A stretch of 54,878 nt of DNA, counting the filler, from Squatina squatina (lineage: Eukaryota): assembly GCA_031763465.1 (NCBI GenBank). It is 3 parts of 3 records of this genome, joined end to end, with 100 filler letters (N's around TTAATTAATTAA, not from the genome) between each part and the next. Parts side by side here need not be neighbours in the genome. Positions count along the whole stretch, not along the records: positions 42,598 to 54,878 come from JARFOE010000234.1; 2 more parts are not named here. One strand, 5' to 3'. This document shows, piece after piece, positions 49,293 to 54,878 of this stretch (the first letter of the stretch is position 1; each line of letters begins with the position of its first letter). The notes under the pieces were generated by a model, which saw only the letters and a program-made list of their open reading frames with translations, did no database searches and was not told where the DNA came from. The position numbers and the translations under genes were made by a program.

Positions 49293-50187
49293 CTCGTGTT
49301 ATCTGCAGTGAGAACCACCGCTTAGTTGAATTTTGATTCCAAAAGTTTTTATAATGACATCACTAGAACCAATTTCCAATCAACATGTTAATTTACCTTT
49401 ATTTGTATCTGAAGTAAATGTCTTCATCTTTTATTGTGTATAATGTTTATTGCATACCTCATGTTGTACTTTGTAAATCGATGATGTGATGAGAAGTTAT
49501 GGAATGTAAATCATATCCCACGGTCCTCATCACATATCCTTAGTTTTTATTTCTGGCAGTTTACTGCAGACCTACTGTAAACTGACTGTTGGTTTTGAGG
49601 TGAGACCACAGACATTGCCATTCAGATCAGCTAGTTTCTTTGCACAAAAAGATCAAAGTGCCAAGATTCAGCTTTGGATACCAAAAGAAAGGCACTTATT
49701 ACAACTATTTCTGACATTGGGAGAATGCATTCAATAATCTAAAAAGTGTAAGAACGTCAGCTTTGGGAGCTTATTTATAGAAATTATCAAGCACAATGCC
49801 AGCAGCTCAGTACAAATCAAGTCCTTCTTGTTACTCACAGTGACTGGTGCCAGACTGGTTGGCACCAACCATCTCCAGTGTCCACTTGGGTTTTATTTCT
49901 TTTGTTTGTGATATTCTCTGGCTGACATCTTTAGATATAATGCATTAATCAGTAACATCATTGATGGCTGGTCCTGATGATTCTGATATTCCGATTTATA
50001 CCTCCTCTCGATCCATCTTCTGTTTCTTTACTTGTCCTATTGCCCTTTAGTCTCGCACCATCATCTCTTCTGTCATTTAATCACTTCTTCCCTCCACCCG
50101 ATCACATACCTTCCCTTTTGTTCCTTTGCTCTAGCCCATCCTCTGCCCCTTTCTGTCCCTGCATCTGTGCTTGCTTAAAAACTGTTC

Positions 50188-50460
50188 AATCATAGAATTT
50201 TACAGCACAGAACGAGACCATTCGGTCCGTCATGCCTGTGCTGGCTCTTTGAAAGAACTCTCCAATTCAGTCCCATACCTCAGCTTCCTTCCCATCACTC
50301 TGCAAATTAGTCCTCTTCAAGAACATGTCCAATTGCCTTTTGCAAATTCCTATGGAATCTGATTCCAGCTGGCTTTCAGACAGTGTGTTCCAGATTATAA
50401 CAACCCTCTGTATGAAATGCTTCCTTCTCATTTCCCTTCTAATTCTTTTACGAATTATTG
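50188..50460 (-). mobile_element. CR1 3' end
   Basis: Homologous to 5838-6100. Confidence 0.85.
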
Positions 50461-50516
50461 GTGAAAATTCAGAGACAAAGGGACAAGTTGCAAGTTACAA
50501 GCAGCCATCTTGTACA

Positions 50517-50589
50517 GCCTCAGTGGCCTAATGGATAAGGCACTGGCCTTCTAAGCCAGGGATTGTGGGTTCAAGTCCCATCTGGGGTG
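50517..50589 (+). tRNA. tRNA-Arg, anticodon TCT on an Arg-CCT-type body, intronless (gene or recent pseudogene)
   Basis: 73 nt GCCTCAGTGGCCTAATGGATAAGGCACTGGCCTTCTAAGCCAGGGATTGTGGGTTCAAGTCCCATCTGGGGTG; full cloverleaf, A and B boxes, anticodon arm CTGGC-CT-TCT-AA-GCCAG (anticodon 50550-50552). Confidence 0.9.
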
Positions 50590-50596
50590 AAGCAGA

Positions 50597-50600
50597 TTTT
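50597..50600 (+). terminator. Pol III terminator (T4) for the tRNA
   Basis: TTTT 8 nt downstream of the discriminator base. Confidence 0.6.
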
Positions 50601-50674
50601 GGCTCAAAAATAAATGCCAAAATGCTTTCTGTAAATATTGACACATTCTGTGACAGATAGGTAGCTTTATTTTT

Positions 50675-50979
50675 AGAATAATACAGGCCATTCGGCCCAT
50701 TGTGCCTGTGCTGGCTTATGGTAGGCATATCCAATTTACTTCACCCCTTTTATCTTTCCCCATTGCAGTGTATATTTTTCCCTTCAAGTATTTATCCAAT
50801 TCACTTTGGAAAGTTACTATTGAATCTGCTACCACTACCCTTTCAGATAGTGTATTCCAGATCATAACAACTCGCTGTGTAAAAAAATGTTTCCTCAGGT
50901 CGCTTCTGGTTCTTTTGCCCATCGCCTTAAATCTGTGTCCTCTGGTTTCTGACCCATCTGCCACGGGCAACGGTTTCTC
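50675..50979 (-). mobile_element. CR1 3' end
   Basis: SETRGHRFKAMGKRTRSDLRKHFFTQRVVMIWNTLSERVVVADSIVTFQSELDKYL. Confidence 0.92.
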
Positions 50980-52724
50980 NNNNNNNNNNNNNNNNNNNNN
51001 NNNNNNNNNNNNNNNNNNNNNNNNNNNNNNNNNNNNNNNNNNNNNNNNNNNNNNNNNNNNNNNNNNNNNNNNNNNNNNNTATTACACATGCGAATGGAGG
51101 GCACATATTTTTATTGAATAAATCACAGATGTCAACATTACAAGCTGGAAATGAATGATTCACTAATGGTTCAAACGGAGCAATTTGGATATATCTTGTT
51201 ACATTCACCGCAGCAGATCTCAGCTCTGTCCCGCACGACAGAGCTTTTAAGTATCAAGTATGGTTTCCATTTGCAGCCTTTTTTCCCTGCATCTGGTCAT
51301 CTAGGCCTCTGCTCAGGTGTGCCGTCCATTGGTAATGAGCAAGTTCGTTGAAAGCTCAGAGAATTCTGAGGTATTTTATTGCTGCCTTTTAAGATTAGAG
51401 TCGGGGGTGGGGGGGGTGGAAAAAGACCTAATTTGGAAATCAATTAGCTGTGTGGGCTGATGAGGTGTCGGCCCAGCTCAAGTTCACACCTGCTGTCCTC
51501 CCATTATTGTCAAGATTATTGAAGGCCTTTGCATCCAGCTCTGCCTAAGTACATCTGGCGTACATATGTTTGATATCCTCTGACAAAGGCAGCCACTCAA
51601 GGGTGTGTTTAAAGGTGGTGTTCTTTTCAGCAATTTTCCTATTTCCTTGGATTTAAGAATGGCAGTGTTAACAACCCATCTTTTTTTCCTCTTCCCCTTT
51701 TTTTTACCCCCTTGGATTTTGCAGTGCCACATGAGTACTCTGCCCTATGTTACACCGAAGCAGTGAGAGAGTGCTTTTGAATAAACATGATTCTAACGAC
51801 ATACATACGCANNNNNNNNNNNNNNNNNNNNNNNNNNNNNNNNNNNNNNNNNNNNNNNNNNNNNNNNNNNNNNNNNNNNNNNNNNNNNNNNNNNNNNNNN
51901 NNNNNNNNNNNCTGTGATCATTATTAGAGTGTGTGTGTGAGGTTGAGTGTGATATTGTGCGAGTGACAAACTTTGCCAGTGAAATATGTGCCTTTTTTCA
52001 CACTCGTGAAAATGAATTTCAGTAACTACTGGCTGTAACTTCTTTCCATTTAAAATCCATTTGTAAAAGCAGAACAATGGGAACGACACTCATATGCATT
52101 TTTAACATGCAAGTGATGAATTCGATTCTCATGAAATGAAATCCCAGCTTGTTGCATCGCGACCTTAACATTTGCGGAGAGAATAAGATCCATTTAATGT
52201 TGCTGCAGTCCCTCTTTCGAGTGTCTCCGAAGGAGTGGGTCTACAGACCATAGTTTTGCAAAGGAGGTGCTATTATGTTGTCAGTCAAGTGATAATGGTG
52301 AAGGCTGTTTGTTTAGACTATGTTGCTCTTCAGTTTAATTCACCCTGGCTCCAGTGTGACATGTTAAAACTGCTATCAACGGAGAATGCACATTTTCAAG
52401 AAAGACTTAAAACAACAGCAGCCTCAGTGAGCAGAAATTATCTCCTCTTAACTTAATTATCTCAAAGTATTTAAGCAGCAATCTGTTGAAAATTCCTTCC
52501 CTCACAAATGGCTTCTGCTGCTATTTTTTGCCCCTTGTTTCAGTGCCATGTAAGTTTACCTTAATGTGCACAGATCAAGATGTATGTTCCTGACTTTAAA
52601 CTCACATACCTCAGGCCATTAATCCACAATGTGACACAGCAGAGTAATTGTGGCAGGGTCTCATGGTTCAGAGAAATGAGACCGGCCACTTTAAATTTCC
52701 CATGATGTGAATCAAACGACTACA

Positions 52725-53282
52725 AAGTATTACAAAGTATTTACAGCACAGAAACAGGCCATTCAGCCCAACAGGTCTATGCCGGCGTTTATGCTCCAAG
52801 CGAGCCACCTCCCACCCCCTCTTCATCCAACCCCATCAACATATCCTTCAATTCCCTTCTCCCTCATGTGCTTCCCCTTAAATGCATCCATGCTATTTGC
52901 CGCGAGTGACCAGATCTGAAGATTGTCAAACCAGGTCTCTGTCGAGACTGCGCGTGCGCAGTTAGGTCTCCAGCGAGACTGCACTTGCGCAATCATAGAT
53001 TCATCAGGACGNNNNNNNNNNCGCACGCGCAGTCAGTTCTCCGTTCTCGCTGGCTACTTCGGCGATTTTCAGGTAAGTGTGGGGACACCGAGATGCTTGC
53101 TAAAAAACGGGGACTGTCCCAGCACCCTATATTTGACGCAGCTACTCCTGTGGTAGCGAGTTCCATATTCTCACCACTCTCTGGGTAAAGAAGTTTCTCC
53201 TGAATTCCCCTAGTGGATTTATTTGTGACTTTCTTATATTTATGGCCCCGAGTTGTGGTCTCACCCGCAAATGGAAACATCT
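52725..53282 (-). mobile_element. CR1 3' end interrupted by an insertion at 52902-53129
   Basis: MFPFAGETTTRGHKYK...PESG on one side and ANSMDAFKGK.MREKGIEGY plus 3' UTR on the other. Confidence 0.85.
52902..53129. mobile_element. Non-autonomous hAT-like element with 8-bp TSD
   Basis: Ends gcgagtgaccagat / gggactgtcccagcacccta (TAGGGTGACC-type TIR), flanked by tatttgcc (52894-52901) and tatttgac (53130-53137). Confidence 0.6.
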
Positions 53283-53284
53283 AA

Positions 53285-53385
53285 AATTAATTATAGTTTA
53301 TTTTTTTAAACTGAAATCAAATTCTCCCAGTTGCCACAGGGGGATTTGAACTCACATTCTCTGGATTATTAGTCCAATAACATAA
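53285..53385 (-). mobile_element. tRNA-derived SINE 5' head
   Basis: aaattctcccagttgccacagggggatttgaactc...ctctggattattagtcc is homologous to 49195-49255. Confidence 0.75.
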
Positions 53386-54878
53386 NNNNNNNNNNNNNNN
53401 NNNNNNNNNNNNNNNNNNNNNNNNNNNNNNNNNNNNNNNNNNNNNNNNNNNNNNNNNNNNNNNNNNNNNNNNNNNNNNNNNNNNNGCTAAATGAGACCCG
53501 GGGCCAATAAGGATTTGCGTTCGGTAACAGACACAATGCGGGGATCATTCTCAAGGCCTTCAGTAAACAGTGACACGGCCTCCACTTTTAACAATTCTTT
53601 AAACATCTCTTGAGTAAGACGTGCAGTTTCTTAATGGATCCTTTAAAAGCAGCGAGTCGATGCCATTTTGTACATGCATCAGAGTGAAAGATGTTTGGCT
53701 CTAATTCCAGCCCTCAAAAGGAAATTCTAAACAGATACATTCAATGTTTTAAAAGCATTGACGCATTAATTTTCCTCAGCCACCTCACTTAGACTTCTGG
53801 CTCCACTGTGGCTGGGAGTCTCACTGACAAGCCACATTAACAAAAACGATGTCAGAAGAATGATGTCGGATGGATACTGCGTATGAGGCCAAGCGTTATT
53901 ATGCGGGGCAATTTATGACAGTTGTTGTCCATTTCATTTGCTATCTACCACAACAGATCTCCAAAAGGACCATACGCCGAGTCAAGCACTACTTTTCAAC
54001 CACTTGTCTGTTAAAATATCTCTAAACACTTTATTTCTTGGTGGAACTGAATATAGAAACAGTCTTTAGGCGGCACTTGAACGTGTGGTTTATCGCTTAT
54101 TCTTTCCAATGCACTCAAGAAATATGATACTGAAGGGTTTTAAGCTGAGTGGCCAGCGATCCCGCATTGCCTGAGCTTGGGTAGCGCGGTAAACACGAAC
54201 ACGCATGCCTGCCTGCCTGCTTATGCGTCAGATGTAAAGCAGCAGCTTTCCATCACAGGCTACAAGGCACACAGGGCCGAGTGGCCTTGCTGCCGTCCTT
54301 ATTTGAAAAACGAGTTCCTGTCGGCCCCGCGACCACTTCGTACCGATTCAGAGTGGAGCCGGGACCTCCCCTTTCCATAAGTAATCTCACAAGCGCGGCT
54401 AATGTACACAAACTATAATATCAGTCTGCAGCAGCTTGCCTGGTGCTTGCAACTTGTTGCTGATAAACTTTCACACAACGGTCAGTGACATGGGGGGGAA
54501 AAAGCAACAGCATTGGTAATTATTTTCTGAAGGCGATCTCAATCTTCCAAGTTGATAAATACATTGGTCGTATTATGTCATTAGCAGAGACCGCTTAGAT
54601 AGTCTGTGTTGTAACAACTCGGACTTGACATAACTCCAAACACTGAGGGGTCATTCTGTGCCTGCACAAGTATATGTTTTCCTCCATTTTGTATATTTTT
54701 CTTCCCTCCTTTTTGGTTTTGGTTCCATGGACACGGGTCACTCTCCAATACTTCAGCCCAGTAGACACTCTTCACAAGTGAGCCTAGACTGAGTGTCAGT
54801 TTCACCACGGAATGTACTGCAGACCCAGTCATGCCCATACATGTGCACTGTTAATGAACGCCAGCTCCACTCTCCTTG

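Overview
Eukaryotic, AT-rich, mostly non-coding vertebrate DNA, almost certainly from a cartilaginous fish (shark/ray). The evidence is a DeuSINE of the SacSINE1 type, shark-style CR1 3' tails, L2 tails, Penelope-derived repeats and Harbinger relics. It is a very fragmented draft assembly with dozens of 100-N and 10-N gaps. Two artificial 44N-TTAATTAATTAA-44N linkers (24638-24737, 42498-42597) suggest three independent scaffolds, so adjacency across gaps is not trustworthy. No intact gene, CRISPR array or prokaryotic system is present. Supported content: (1) a degraded retroviral-type pol (tether end, RNase H, HHCC-integrase) that resembles NYNRIN/lokiretrovirus/spuma-like lineages (18385-19608); (2) the 5' end of a pogo/Tc2 (BrkDBD) transposon; (3) three PIF/Harbinger transposase relics, one apparently with its convergent, spliced Myb/SANT partner gene; (4) many CR1/L2/SINE fragments, including a CR1 ORF1 with a duplicated module; (5) a tRNA-Arg gene with an Arg-CCT body but a TCT anticodon; (6) several palindromic MITE-like elements and a 17-bp minisatellite; (7) a few candidate spliceosomal exons, including 2-3 minus-strand exons (217-1629) that splice in frame into an unidentified protein with a signal-peptide-like N-terminus. 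Family assignments come from motif recognition by eye, not database searches.
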